NCBI GenBank assembly: GCA_041577295.1
Contig: JBFGJG010000001.1
Location: 128,001-192,000 of the forward strand
Length of the DNA stretch: 64,000 nucleotides
Direction of reading: 5' to 3'
Origin: Gemmatimonadales bacterium
GTDB lineage: Bacteria > Gemmatimonadota > Gemmatimonadetes > Gemmatimonadales > GWC2-71-9
This document shows, piece after piece, positions 38,994 through 49,668 of this stretch. The translations under genes and the position numbers were made by a program. The notes below the pieces were generated by a model. It did no database searches, had not been told where the DNA came from, and saw nothing but the letters and a program-made list of their open reading frames with translations. The stretch's first letter is position 1, and every line of letters begins with the position of its first letter.

Positions 38994-40637
38994 CTAGAAG
39001 AAGACCGGCTCGCGGTAGGCACCATAAACCTCCTCCAAGGCATGCCGGATTTCGAATAGCGTACAATACGTGCGTGCACAGTCGAGCATCGCAGGAATGA
39101 CGTTTTCATCCCGTTCCGCCGCCGTCCGCAGCGCCCGAAGACCCTGTTCGACCTCTCGGGCGTCACGCCGCGCGCGCAGCTGTGTCAAACGGCGGCGTTG
39201 GACCTCGGCCGGCTCGTCACTCACACGCAACACCTCGAGCGCGTCATCGTCCTCTTCCACGAACTCGTTGACACCGACCACCACGCGCCGCTCTTCCTCC
39301 AGCTCGCGCTGGAAGCGTACGGAACTCTGATGAATTTGACGCTGGAACCACCCAGTCTCGATGCCGCGCACCACGCCACCAATGGCAGAGACTTCCGAGA
39401 AGATCGCCTCTGCCTCACGCTCCATGCGGTCCGTCATGGCCTCTACGAAGTAGGAGCCACCGAGCGGGTCGATGACGTTGGCGACGCCGGTCTCGTACGC
39501 GAGGATTTGTTGAGTACGTAACGCCAGCTTGACACTTTCTTCGGTCGGGAGAGCGTACGTTTCGTCGAGCGAGTTCGTGTGCAGTGACTGGGCACCGCCC
39601 AACGCGGCCGCCATCGCCTGATATGCGACTCTGACGACGTTATTCATCGGCTGTTGCGCCGTGAGCGAGACGCCGGCCGTCTGACAGTGAAAACGCATTG
39701 TCCACGACCGCGGGCTCTGTGCGCCGTACTTGTCTCGCATATGACGCGCCCAGATGCGCCGGGCCGCACGCATCTTGGCAATCTCTTCGAAGAAATCGTT
39801 GTGGACGTCCCAGAAGAAGGAGAGCCGCGGTGCGAAATCGTCGACGTTCAGCCCGCGGGCCATGCCTCGCTCGACATACTCGAAACCGTTTGCCAGGGTG
39901 AACGCGAGCTCCTGCACCGCCGTCGCACCCGCCTCCCGAATGTGGTAGCCGCTGATCGAAATGGTGTTCCACTTGGGCGTGTTGGTCGACGCCCACTCGA
40001 ACATGTCGACGATGATCTTGAGCGCGGGCTCCACGGGATACACCCAGGCGTGTTGCGCCATGTATTCCTTGAGGATGTCGTTCTGCACCGTGCCACGCAG
40101 CTGCCCGATATCTACGCCCTGCCGCTCCGCCGCCGCGACGTAAAAGCAGAACAGCATCGCCGCGGGTCCGTTGATCGTCATGGAGGTCGAGACCGCGTTC
40201 AGCGGGATGCCGTCAAACAACGTCTCCATATCCGCCAACGATGAGATGGCCACCCCGCACTTCCCCACTTCCCCTTCGGCGCGCGCGTGGTCGGAGTCGT
40301 ACCCCATGAGCGTCGGAAAGTCGAAGGCAACGGACAACCCCGTTTGACCGTGCTCGAGGAGGTACTTGTACCGCTTGTTGGTATCTTCGGCGGTCCCGAA
40401 CCCGGCAAACTGCCGCATCGTCCACAACCTGCCGCGGTACATGGTGGGGTGGACCCCGCGAGTGTACGGGAACTCCCCGGGATAGCCTAGGCTCGTCTCC
40501 TCATCGAAGTCCTGCAGGTCTTGGGACGTGTAGACCGGTTTGACTGCCGCGGAGCTCTGGGTGACAAACGCGATGTCGCGCTTCTCCGCTTCCTCGTATC
40601 GCTTCTTCCAACGATCGTAGGAGTCCTTAGTCGCCAT
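38994..40637 (-). CDS. Acyl-CoA mutase large subunit, isobutyryl-CoA mutase (IcmA)-type
   Basis: PYTRGVH, WTMRQFAGF, QNDILKEYMAQ, SISGYHIREAG, QSLHTN. Confidence 0.85.
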   Translation of the reverse strand: MATKDSYDRWKKRYEEAEKRDIAFVTQSSAAVKPVYTSQDLQDFDEETSLGYPGEFPYTRGVHPTMYRGRLWTMRQFAGFGTAEDTNKRYKYLLEHGQTGLSVAFDFPTLMGYDSDHARAEGEVGKCGVAISSLADMETLFDGIPLNAVSTSMTINGPAAMLFCFYVAAAERQGVDIGQLRGTVQNDILKEYMAQHAWVYPVEPALKIIVDMFEWASTNTPKWNTISISGYHIREAGATAVQELAFTLANGFEYVERGMARGLNVDDFAPRLSFFWDVHNDFFEEIAKMRAARRIWARHMRDKYGAQSPRSWTMRFHCQTAGVSLTAQQPMNNVVRVAYQAMAAALGGAQSLHTNSLDETYALPTEESVKLALRTQQILAYETGVANVIDPLGGSYFVEAMTDRMEREAEAIFSEVSAIGGVVRGIETGWFQRQIHQSSVRFQRELEEERRVVVGVNEFVEEDDDALEVLRVSDEPAEVQRRRLTQLRARRDAREVEQGLRALRTAAERDENVIPAMLDCARTYCTLFEIRHALEEVYGAYREPVFF

Positions 40638-41676
40638 GCGTCGTCTCCTGATCCAACCGCGCAATGAGGTCGTGCGCGAGTTTGTATGGACTGATCTCAC
40701 CACTCGCCACCCTGTCAAAGCCCGCCGCCAACACGGCCTCTCCCCCCCGTATCTCCCACAACCAACGGCTTACAGCTCGCTCGATCACCTCGCGCGTATG
40801 CTGCTCCAGGCGCGCCCGCCGCCGGGCGGCGAGAGCCCCGGACTGTTCCAGATGTGCCTGATGTCGATCGAGTGCGTCTATCAGCTCGGCGATTCCCTCG
40901 TCCTTCGTCGCGACGGTCTGCAGCACAGGAGGAACCCACTCGGCCGGTGGCGTTGCCATCGCGACGCGTACGTCGCCATCCCCGTGATGACCCGACGTTG
41001 CCTTATACGCGATGCCCTGACGGAGACCCAACATCACCTCCACCTCTTGCGCTACGCGACCCGCACCGGCCCGATCCGCCTTGTTCACAACGTAGAGGTC
41101 GGCGATCTCCATCACCCCGGCCTTGAGGACCTGGACCCCGTCGCCGGACTCTGGAACGAGCACGAGCAGGGCAGTGTCGGCGCTCGCCGCGATGGCCAGC
41201 TCCGACTGGCCGACGCCAACCGTCTCAATGAGAATCCGGTCGAAACCAAACGCATCGAGCACATCGCAGACTTCCCGGGTTGTGGTGGCCAGGCCACCCA
41301 CACCACCGCGCGTGGCCATCGATCGAATGTAGACGCCCGGGTCGAGCGTGACCGACTCCATGCGGATCCGGTCGCCGAGCAAGGCACCACCGCTGAAGGG
41401 ACTGGTCGGGTCGACCGCCACCACCCCAACGGTGACACCGCGCTCGCGGTACCCGTGGACCAAACGCTCCACCAACGTCGATTTCCCGGCGCCCGGCGGC
41501 CCGGTTACCCCGATCCGCCTCGCCTTGCCCACGGCGGGGTGAATCTCCGACAGAAGACGCTCGTACCCCTCGCGACCGTTCTCCACGAGCGAAATCGCGC
41601 GCGCCAAGGCCGGGACTCGGCGCTCACGAATCCCCTCGATCAGGGCCAGCTCGGACATTTCGGAAGTTCGTGTCAT
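40627..41676 (-). CDS. meaB: Mutase-associated GTPase MeaB
   Basis: GPPGAGKST, VDPTSPFSGGALLGDRIRM, ETVGVGQSE, NKAD. Confidence 0.93.
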   Translation of the reverse strand: MTRTSEMSELALIEGIRERRVPALARAISLVENGREGYERLLSEIHPAVGKARRIGVTGPPGAGKSTLVERLVHGYRERGVTVGVVAVDPTSPFSGGALLGDRIRMESVTLDPGVYIRSMATRGGVGGLATTTREVCDVLDAFGFDRILIETVGVGQSELAIAASADTALLVLVPESGDGVQVLKAGVMEIADLYVVNKADRAGAGRVAQEVEVMLGLRQGIAYKATSGHHGDGDVRVAMATPPAEWVPPVLQTVATKDEGIAELIDALDRHQAHLEQSGALAARRRARLEQHTREVIERAVSRWLWEIRGGEAVLAAGFDRVASGEISPYKLAHDLIARLDQETTHGD

Positions 41677-41698
41677 TTCCGCGATCCCCGCAACCCAA

Positions 41699-43051
41699 TC
41701 ACGTGACCCCCCCCGGGAGCAACAGCAGTGCGGCCAGTCCCAGCAGCAGCAAGAACCCACACACGTCGGTCATCGCCGTGACGAACACCGAGCTCGCGAC
41801 CGCGGGGTCAGCTCCGAGCCTTTCGAGAATCAGCGGAACGACGGCTCCCAGTGCCGTGGCGAGGACGAGGTTGCCCCACATGGCCATGAGCACGACCAAG
41901 CCAAGTTGCCATCCCAACCCGACGATGGTTGTGACCGCCGCCACAACGGCACCCACGGCGAGTCCGTTGATGAGCCCCACCACCAGCTCCTTCCCCAACA
42001 CGCGCGCACCCGTCCCGCGGGTCATGCCGCCCACGGCGATGCGCCGCACGGTCACGGCCAGCGCCTGGGTAGCCGCGTTCCCGCTGAGACCCGCAATGAC
42101 CGGCATCAGCACGGCGAGCGCGATGACCCGCTCAATGGTATGCTGGAAGACGTAGACCACGCCGCCACCGACGAACGCCGTCAGCATGTTGAGCGAGAGC
42201 CACGGGAGGCGGCTCCGGACCGCCTGTCGCCAATCGCCTCCTAACTGCTCGTCCCCTGGAACACCAGCAAACTTGAGCAGATCCTCGGTCGTTTCCGCTT
42301 CCACCACATCCATGACGTCGTCGAACGTGACTCGGCCAAGCAGCTTTCCCTCTGCATTGACCACCGGGAGCGCTGGCACGTTGTATCGCGCCATGAGTCG
42401 CGCCACTTCTTCCTGATCCAACTCCGGCGTAGCTTGGACCACCGGCTCCTCCATGATCGATCCGACACGCTGCGTCGGCGACACGACGACGAGCCGCTGC
42501 AGTGGCAGGATCCCCACGAGTCGAAACTGGTGGTCGACGCAATACACCTGATAAAACTCGCCCACCTCCTCCGCCTGTCGTCGGATCTCATCGATGGCCT
42601 CAGCGGCGGTCGCGGTCTCCTTCACAGTCATGACGCTCGCGGTCATGCGCCCACCAGCCGTGTCCTCGTCATACACGAGGAGTCGCTCGATCTCGACGCG
42701 ATCAGCGACGTGGCTGAGGATCGGAACGACCTTCTCGGCCGGGAGCTCCGCGATCAGGTCGGCTGCGTCATCATCCTCCAATTCCTCGACGATGTGGGCC
42801 GCCTGCTCGGGTCGGAGTGCGGCGAGCACCTCCTCTGGGTGCTCTTCCACTTCCATCTCGGCGAGCGCATCGGATACCAGCTCCGCGGGAAGGGCACGTA
42901 CCAGGAGGAGCTGAAGCTCCGGCTTCAGTGCGGCCAAAACGTCTGAGAGGTCCGAGGCGTGCAGATCGCGTGCTTTGGCGAGGAACCCACCGATGTCACC
43001 GGCCTCAGCAAGCGACCGGAGCTCGTCTTGCAGCGTCTCGTGTTGATCCAC
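41699..43051 (-). CDS. mgtE: Magnesium transporter MgtE
   Basis: N domain, tandem CBS domains, RLPWL, GN.ATQ, DPAVASSVFVTAMTD. Confidence 0.93.
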   Translation of the reverse strand: MDQHETLQDELRSLAEAGDIGGFLAKARDLHASDLSDVLAALKPELQLLLVRALPAELVSDALAEMEVEEHPEEVLAALRPEQAAHIVEELEDDDAADLIAELPAEKVVPILSHVADRVEIERLLVYDEDTAGGRMTASVMTVKETATAAEAIDEIRRQAEEVGEFYQVYCVDHQFRLVGILPLQRLVVVSPTQRVGSIMEEPVVQATPELDQEEVARLMARYNVPALPVVNAEGKLLGRVTFDDVMDVVEAETTEDLLKFAGVPGDEQLGGDWRQAVRSRLPWLSLNMLTAFVGGGVVYVFQHTIERVIALAVLMPVIAGLSGNAATQALAVTVRRIAVGGMTRGTGARVLGKELVVGLINGLAVGAVVAAVTTIVGLGWQLGLVVLMAMWGNLVLATALGAVVPLILERLGADPAVASSVFVTAMTDVCGFLLLLGLAALLLLPGGVT

Positions 43052-43704
43052 TAACTGTCTCGGAGCAACGAATCGAGGTCGAGTCCGCGGCGGCGCGAGA
43101 GTGCTGTGACATCACTGGGGCTGACCGAGCCACCCGAGAGAATGAGCTTCATCGCGTCCTCCACCGTGACCTGCGTTTCGATCAATCGGGTCCGCGGAAC
43201 GACCAGCATGAAGCCCGTGGTGGGGTTAGGCGTCGATGGAACGAAGACGTTGACGCACGGCTCGCCCACGATTTGCGACATGACGACTGCCTCTTCATTG
43301 GTGACGAAGGCAATCGCCCAGAGACCATCGGTCGGATAGGGAATCAGGACGGTTCGGCGGAACAGCTTCCGGCGCTCCCCCACCATCGACTGGACGATCT
43401 GACTCACCGCGTTGTAGATGCGGCCGGTCAGCGGAAACCGCACCAACGCCTCATTCCACCAGTGCAGCAGCTGGCGACCGGCTGCCCGGTGCACGATCCA
43501 TCCGACCAACAGCACGAACACGATGAGCAACAGGAACCCGAGCCCTGGGACACGGAGCCCCAACGTGTCTCGCAACGGGTCGCCGAGGATCGAGTCCAAT
43601 GTCTCGAACACCCAGCGGAGAACGAAGATGGTGAGACCCACGGGCGCGATGACCACGAGTCCCACGAGGAAGTAACGTCGGAAACGACGCGCGATTGGAC
43701 TCAT
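43051..43704 (-). CDS. DUF502 family membrane protein
   Basis: YFLVGLVV..P..LT, VFVPSTPNPTTGF, AMKLILSGG. Confidence 0.88.
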   Translation of the reverse strand: MSPIARRFRRYFLVGLVVIAPVGLTIFVLRWVFETLDSILGDPLRDTLGLRVPGLGFLLLIVFVLLVGWIVHRAAGRQLLHWWNEALVRFPLTGRIYNAVSQIVQSMVGERRKLFRRTVLIPYPTDGLWAIAFVTNEEAVVMSQIVGEPCVNVFVPSTPNPTTGFMLVVPRTRLIETQVTVEDAMKLILSGGSVSPSDVTALSRRRGLDLDSLLRDS

Positions 43705-44888
43705 GGCGATGGCCCGAGGTGAAGGATCGGCACCGGACTTCGTCGTACGACGACGCGGTCGACCCGCGTAGGGGTGGCTGCCAACACATCGAACTCCAGG
43801 GCACCCACCACGAACCGCTCGCCGGCGAGCGGTATCCGTCCCGCGCTGCGCGCCAAGAGGCCACCCACAGTCTCTGCTTTTGAAGGGAATGACACTTGGA
43901 AGCGGGCGGCGATCTCCTCGCACGGCGTGGCCCCAGTAGCTTCCACGACCTCGAGCGCGCCGCCCGATTCCGGCCCGCGGCCGTTGGGCTCCGGAAAAAT
44001 CTCACCCACGAGCTCCTCGAGGAGATCTTGAAACGTGGCGATGCCGGCCGTACCCCCGAACTCGTCCAATACCACCGCGAAGTGCCGACGATCTCGCTGC
44101 ATTTCGAACAGGAGGTCCGCGCAGTGCTTGCTTGCAGGCGCCACTGTGACGGGACGCAGCGGGAGCTCCGCCCCCGGGGCAACCTTGAGAAGGTCGAGTG
44201 CGTAGATCATCCCGATGATGTTGTCGAGGGACTCACGGTAGACCGGCACGCGGGAGTACCCCGATTCCGCGAAGATCTGCCCGACTTCCTCGAGCGGCGC
44301 GCCTTCGCGCACCGCGACGATGTTGGTACGAGGAGTCATGATTTCGCGCAGCGGACGTTCCGTGAAGTTGAGGACGCCGAGGAGCACCGCTACCAGCTCG
44401 CCGGTTTCCACCGCGTCTTCATCCGCCTCGAGGAATCTGGCCAGCGCGGCCTCGGGCTCCGCGTCCCCGCCACTTGGCACGAGCGGCGTGAGTAGCGTGG
44501 CCAGCCGATGGAGCCACGGGAGGGCACCCTTCACGATCGGTTCCGCCCAGCGCCGCCCTAGCGCGCGCGGAATCGCGTAGACCACGACGAGCAGGAACGG
44601 GATGGCGATCAAGAACACGGTTGCCGCACCCAGCCACAAGGGGAGAGGCCCCACCAGCGCCATGACACCGAAGGCCGCGAGGATGATGCCCACCCCAGCG
44701 ATTCCATTGGCGACGCCGTTGATCCGCGTGGGGACGGAGAGCACGGCACCCCCTGGCCCGGTCACGAGTCCGTGGGAGATCCAGCGATACAGCTCGACGC
44801 GACTTACGGCCACCGCGCCGACTACGAGCGTCATTCCGGTTGCGGCCAGGAGCGAGCCCACACTGAACAACAGCCAGGCAATCATCAT
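43701..44888 (-). CDS. Hemolysin/CNNM family protein (DUF21-CBS-CorC)
   Basis: TM region, IMTPR, GYSRVPV, DEFGGTAG, ETVGG. Confidence 0.88.
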   Translation of the reverse strand: MMIAWLLFSVGSLLAATGMTLVVGAVAVSRVELYRWISHGLVTGPGGAVLSVPTRINGVANGIAGVGIILAAFGVMALVGPLPLWLGAATVFLIAIPFLLVVVYAIPRALGRRWAEPIVKGALPWLHRLATLLTPLVPSGGDAEPEAALARFLEADEDAVETGELVAVLLGVLNFTERPLREIMTPRTNIVAVREGAPLEEVGQIFAESGYSRVPVYRESLDNIIGMIYALDLLKVAPGAELPLRPVTVAPASKHCADLLFEMQRDRRHFAVVLDEFGGTAGIATFQDLLEELVGEIFPEPNGRGPESGGALEVVEATGATPCEEIAARFQVSFPSKAETVGGLLARSAGRIPLAGERFVVGALEFDVLAATPTRVDRVVVRRSPVPILHLGPSP

Positions 44889-46081
44889 GCGTCGCTCGGT
44901 TCGGCTTCGATGACCGAGGCATCGTGAAGGCGCTCGAAGTAGACGCGTCGGACCCGGCGCCGAAGTACCCGCTCGACGACGACGCGGAACTCGCCAATCC
45001 TCAGCTCTTCACCGGGGCGCGGAACGCGTCCCAGTTCGCTATAAATGAGCCCGCCCACTGTCGCTACCTCTTCTTCGTCGAACGGAATGCCGAGCAGCTC
45101 CGCGAGGTCGTCGAGGCTGACCCGTCCGTCCACCCAGAAACGATCGGCACCCTCCTGTTCGACCGCCGGCTCCTCCTCGACATCGTATTCGTCGTAAATC
45201 TCCCCAACCACCTCTTCCAGGATATCCTCGAGCGTGACGAGGCCGGACGTACCGCCGAATTCGTCGACCACGATAGCGAGATGCGAAGGGCCACGCTGGA
45301 AGTCGCGCAATTGGGCGGCGAGCGACTTGGACTCCGGAACGAATTGGGCCGGCCGAACAAGCTCAATCCAGTTATCGGGTGGGTGCGCCACGCCAGCCGC
45401 CGAGGGCGTCAAGTCCTTCGCATAGAGGACTCCGGCGATGTTGTCTAGATCTTCCGAGTACACCGGGATACGCGCGTGCTCGCTGCGACGCAGGAGCTCG
45501 ATCACCTCGCGCACGGACGCGCGCGCCTCGAGGGCCACGACGTCTAAGCGGGGTGTCATCACTTCGGCGACCGTCGTGTCGCGCAGGGACAGCAACCCCA
45601 GCAGCATGTCCCGTTGACCCTGACCAAACGTCTCGTGGCGCCGGCGGTCGGCGGGGAAGAGTCCGGCAATCCGTCGCTCGATGCCCGTCACGAGTCTGAG
45701 CAACGGAACAAACGGCGAGAGGGTACGCCGCGCCACGGGGGCAACAGCCGCGGCTAGGCGAGGGATCAACACGGCGAGCGCGCGGGGGATTCCCTCGGCG
45801 ACCATGTAGAGAAACCCGGTGGCCAACAGCACGGTACCCAACGCTTCCACCAGAGGGCGCCGCCACCATGCGACCGCCGCGGCCGCCAGCACGCTGGCGA
45901 GAATGAGGAGCGCGAGTCGACTGACTTGTAGGGCCTGAAACACGGTGGGCAGCTCTGCCGATCGTTCCCGGCGCGCTTGGGCGAGCGTGGGTGCCTCTTG
46001 CGCAAGCACGAGCAAGCCCGCCCACGCCGCAGCCATGAGCGCCGCGCCGAAGGCGGCGAAGGAGATCGCTGCTCCGTTCAC
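44885..46081 (-). CDS. Hemolysin/CNNM family protein (DUF21-CBS-CorC)
   Basis: VMTPR, HARIPVY, VDEFGGTSGLVTLEDILEEVVGEI, TVGG. Confidence 0.88.
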   Translation of the reverse strand: MNGAAISFAAFGAALMAAAWAGLLVLAQEAPTLAQARRERSAELPTVFQALQVSRLALLILASVLAAAAVAWWRRPLVEALGTVLLATGFLYMVAEGIPRALAVLIPRLAAAVAPVARRTLSPFVPLLRLVTGIERRIAGLFPADRRRHETFGQGQRDMLLGLLSLRDTTVAEVMTPRLDVVALEARASVREVIELLRRSEHARIPVYSEDLDNIAGVLYAKDLTPSAAGVAHPPDNWIELVRPAQFVPESKSLAAQLRDFQRGPSHLAIVVDEFGGTSGLVTLEDILEEVVGEIYDEYDVEEEPAVEQEGADRFWVDGRVSLDDLAELLGIPFDEEEVATVGGLIYSELGRVPRPGEELRIGEFRVVVERVLRRRVRRVYFERLHDASVIEAEPSDA

Positions 46082-46542
46082 GAGGCTTCGCCGGTGAGCT
46101 GCCGGACGTATCGCTCTTGTCGACGCCACATGGCGGATCGCTGTCGCCCTTCCCCATCGGGATGGCGATACCCGAGCACGTGCAACGTGCCGTGAACCAC
46201 CAGCCGGATGATCTCCTCGTGCTCGGGCACGCCAGCTGTCCGCCGCCGCCGCGCCACGGCCGGACAGATGTAGATGTCCCCGACGATACGCCCGTCGTGT
46301 GGCAGTTCGAACGCAATGACGTCCGTGGCCCGGTCCCGTCCCAAGCTGCGCCGATTGAGCCCGCGCATCTTTGGACCGGTGAGAAAGGTGACGCTCACGA
46401 GGGCGGGCCCGGCGTCTTCGCCGTCGAGCACGCTCGTGACCGTACGCTCGACCGTCGTTGCCGGGAGGGGCCCGAGCTCGCTTGGGTCCGCCACGACCAC
46501 CTCACGCAGTGGACGCGCGCTGCCAATCTGACGAGATGCCAC
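46078..46542 (-). CDS. ybeY: rRNA maturation RNase YbeY
   Basis: TDVIAF, GDIYIC, HGTLHVLGYRH. Confidence 0.93.
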   Translation of the reverse strand: MASRQIGSARPLREVVVADPSELGPLPATTVERTVTSVLDGEDAGPALVSVTFLTGPKMRGLNRRSLGRDRATDVIAFELPHDGRIVGDIYICPAVARRRRTAGVPEHEEIIRLVVHGTLHVLGYRHPDGEGRQRSAMWRRQERYVRQLTGEAS

Positions 46543-48709
46543 CGACGGAACTCGGGTACTCGATTCGATTGTGGTACACGCCCCCGAGCACGCGAGCGAA
46601 CTCCTCCTTGATCCGGTTCAGCTGCGCCATCGTGACCGGCGCTTCGTCTAGCTGCTTCGCGGCGACCCGCTGAGCAACGATATGATCGATGGCGTCGCTC
46701 ACCTTCTGCGGCGTCGGATCGTCGAGCACGCGCACGGCGGCCTCGACACCGTCCGCCAGCATCGTCACCGCGGTTTCGACTGATTGCGGCCGGGGACCCG
46801 GGTACCGATACTCCTCCGGGTTGACGTTTGGCCCCGAGGTGCGGGACCGGGCGCGGTCTAAGAAGTACGTGATCTCCATCGTACCGTGATGCTCGGGAAT
46901 GAACGCCTTGATCGCATCCGGCAGTTTGTGCTCATCGGCCAACGCCAAGCCCTCACGGACATGATTCCGAATGATGGCTGCCGAGACATCGGGTTTCAGT
47001 TTGTCGTGCGGATTGCTACCGGGTAGTTGATTCTCCACGAAGAACTGGGGCTTCTTCAGCTTCCCCACGTCATGGTAGTACGACCCGACACGCGCGAGCA
47101 GCCCGTCGGCACCGATGGCGTTGCAGGCCGCCTCGCACAGATTGGCCATGGCGATACTGTGCGCGTAGGTGCCTGGGGTTTCCGTCGCAAGACGACGAAG
47201 CAGCGGCCGGCTCGGATCCGAGAGTTCGAGCAGCGTGAGATCCGTAGTGACGCGGGCCATCGATTCGAAGATGGGAAGGGCGATCAGCACGAGGGCTGCC
47301 GAGACGAGCGCGTTCAGTCCACCGGCCAACCCGCCGAGACCCACCTCCTGCAGCGCGACGCCGCCGCGAAGACCCACCACGGAGCTGGCGAGCACGAACG
47401 CCCCCGTGACGATTGCCACTGAGCTGAGGAGCTGGGTTCGACGCCGGATGACCCGCACACTCAACGCGGCGGCGACACCGCCCACGACAGCCACGAACAG
47501 GGCGTCCGCGCCGCCGTAGGCCGCCTGGGTGCCGATCAAAATGGCCAAGACCAAGGCGGCCACGATTGCAACGCGACCGCTGAACAACACGGTGATCAGC
47601 ATCGCGGCGAACGGGATGGGAATCAACTCGGGCGCTTCGGAGAGCACTTGCCTGTTGAGCGCGGCACCCACGACGACCAACCCCACCAGGATGGCTAGCA
47701 CCGCCATGTGACGGAAGTTCGCATAGGTGTACGACCGGTACAGCATCAGCAGGAGCCAGAACGCGGCGAGGATCAGCGCGTTACTGAGCATCTGCCCGGA
47801 GATCGTCGCGACGTTGCTCTTCTCACCACCGCCGCGGCGTAGCTGTTCCGCCCGCAGCGCCAAGAGCCGGTCCCGAACCTCCGGCGTCACGACTTCATTC
47901 GCATCGACGATTCGCTCGTTCGCGCGCACCCGATCCTTCACGGAGTCCACGCTCGCGCGGAGATCGCGCCGAAGCTCTTCCGTCTGCGCCCGATTGGGCA
48001 AGAGCGTCGGTTGGAATAATCCGGCCAGGAACTTCACGAACACCGCGTTGCCGAGCGCAGAATTCGGATCTGGATGGCTCGCCGCGCGGCTATCGAGAAA
48101 CCGCTGATAGGTGATCGCCGAGTCGCGCGGCACCACCCGCTCGCTGTCACCCCGTCGCAGAAGCAGGCTCACGTGCTGCTCAGTCTCGACCGTACCCGGT
48201 CCGGCCACGCCTCGACCCAACTCCCTCCGCAGAACTGTTCGCACGGCGCTCCGGTAGCGCCCGAGACGCCCATTGCCAAGCAAGTATTGCCCCTCTTCGG
48301 GGTTGAGTCGTATGCCAAACCGCAACGCCGCAGCATTGAGGGTCTCGGACGTGCGGGCACTGTCCAATGTGGCAAAGAGTCGGTCTGTCCGAGCCAGCAC
48401 CGAGTCGCGGACCTCTGGGCGGTACTCGTACACGGGGGGGACCGTCGTGGCCAGAGCGCTCGCCTCGCGCTCGATCTCCGAGGCGGTCTTCTGAACGGCA
48501 AACTCGAAGGGTGCGAGGATCTCGACGCGCGAGACCTCGCCCACCTCCGGAATCGCCACCTCGAACCCGCCGGCAACTGGGAACAGCAGATAGGTCAGCA
48601 CCGCGAGCCCAAGGAGAAGACCCCAGCGCGCCGCGTGGAACCCGATGGCGCGGGGCAGCCGGCTGCGCGGCAATTCGAGGTAGAGGAGCGATCGCCGGTC
48701 GGGACTCAT
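46502..48709 (-). CDS. 7TM-HD family phosphohydrolase (PgpH/YqfF-like)
   Basis: Extracytoplasmic domain, 7TM region, PGTYAHS, YYHDVGK, EHHGT, LADGVEAA. Confidence 0.9.
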   Translation of the reverse strand: MSPDRRSLLYLELPRSRLPRAIGFHAARWGLLLGLAVLTYLLFPVAGGFEVAIPEVGEVSRVEILAPFEFAVQKTASEIEREASALATTVPPVYEYRPEVRDSVLARTDRLFATLDSARTSETLNAAALRFGIRLNPEEGQYLLGNGRLGRYRSAVRTVLRRELGRGVAGPGTVETEQHVSLLLRRGDSERVVPRDSAITYQRFLDSRAASHPDPNSALGNAVFVKFLAGLFQPTLLPNRAQTEELRRDLRASVDSVKDRVRANERIVDANEVVTPEVRDRLLALRAEQLRRGGGEKSNVATISGQMLSNALILAAFWLLLMLYRSYTYANFRHMAVLAILVGLVVVGAALNRQVLSEAPELIPIPFAAMLITVLFSGRVAIVAALVLAILIGTQAAYGGADALFVAVVGGVAAALSVRVIRRRTQLLSSVAIVTGAFVLASSVVGLRGGVALQEVGLGGLAGGLNALVSAALVLIALPIFESMARVTTDLTLLELSDPSRPLLRRLATETPGTYAHSIAMANLCEAACNAIGADGLLARVGSYYHDVGKLKKPQFFVENQLPGSNPHDKLKPDVSAAIIRNHVREGLALADEHKLPDAIKAFIPEHHGTMEITYFLDRARSRTSGPNVNPEEYRYPGPRPQSVETAVTMLADGVEAAVRVLDDPTPQKVSDAIDHIVAQRVAAKQLDEAPVTMAQLNRIKEEFARVLGGVYHNRIEYPSSVGGISSDWQRASTA

Positions 48710-49668
48710 GCGCCCTGATCGTCCGCGTACGCCCGCACGATATCCCGCACAATGCGGTGTCGCACGACGTCACGCTCGTCGAGATAGCAGAACCCGACGC
48801 CATCGATTCCCGGAAGAATCCGTTCGACTTGTATCAGGCCTGATTCCTCGCGGTGGCTCAAGTCGATCTGCGTCTTGTCCCCCACGATCACGGCGCGCGA
48901 ATTGAGACCGAGCCGCGTGAGGAACATCTTCATCTGCCCTCCCGTGACGTTCTGGGCCTCGTCCAAGATGACAAATGCATCGGCGAGCGTGCGTCCGCGC
49001 ATGTAGGCGAGAGGCGCGATTTCGATGGTTCTCGTTTCGAGCGCCTTCTGAATCCGGTCAAACGGCATCATGTCTTCGAGGGCATCGTACAGGGGGCGCA
49101 GGTACGGGTCCACCTTGGCCTGAAAATCCCCCGGCAGAAAGCCGAGCCGCTCCCCGGCCTCCACTGCCGGCCGGGCGAGCACCAGGCGCCGCACCCGCTT
49201 CCGTGCCAACGCTTCCGCCCCGATCGCGACAGCGAGATACGTCTTCCCCGTCCCGGCGGGCCCGATTCCAATCACGATCTCCTGATCGCGTAACGCGCGG
49301 ACGTAATCGCGCTGACCCTGCGTCCGCGGCTGAATCACGCGTCGCAGCCCGGGAAGAACGATCTTGAGCTCGGGATCGTCGACGGCGGACGTGCCATTGC
49401 CGTCACCGTCGTTGAGACTGCGCACATCGTCCGTGGTGACAGTCTCACCGATCCGTGCGAGGTCAATCATGGCCGACGTCACGCGCGTCGCCCGTTCCAC
49501 CGCTTCCAATTCGCCAGCCAGCGTAACCTGGTCGCCCCGCATCGACGCTCGGACCCCGGTGACGCGCTCCAACTCCAACAGATTGGCGTCGTTGACCCCG
49601 GCGAACGCCAGGGGGTCGGCGCCTTCTGCCGACAGGCGATGGGTGACTTCACCGCTCTTAGACATCAC
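48706..49668 (-). CDS. phoH: PhoH family ATPase
   Basis: GPAGTGKT, RPAVEAGE.LGFLPG, AYMRGRTL, DEAQN. Confidence 0.93.
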   Translation of the reverse strand: MMSKSGEVTHRLSAEGADPLAFAGVNDANLLELERVTGVRASMRGDQVTLAGELEAVERATRVTSAMIDLARIGETVTTDDVRSLNDGDGNGTSAVDDPELKIVLPGLRRVIQPRTQGQRDYVRALRDQEIVIGIGPAGTGKTYLAVAIGAEALARKRVRRLVLARPAVEAGERLGFLPGDFQAKVDPYLRPLYDALEDMMPFDRIQKALETRTIEIAPLAYMRGRTLADAFVILDEAQNVTGGQMKMFLTRLGLNSRAVIVGDKTQIDLSHREESGLIQVERILPGIDGVGFCYLDERDVVRHRIVRDIVRAYADDQGA

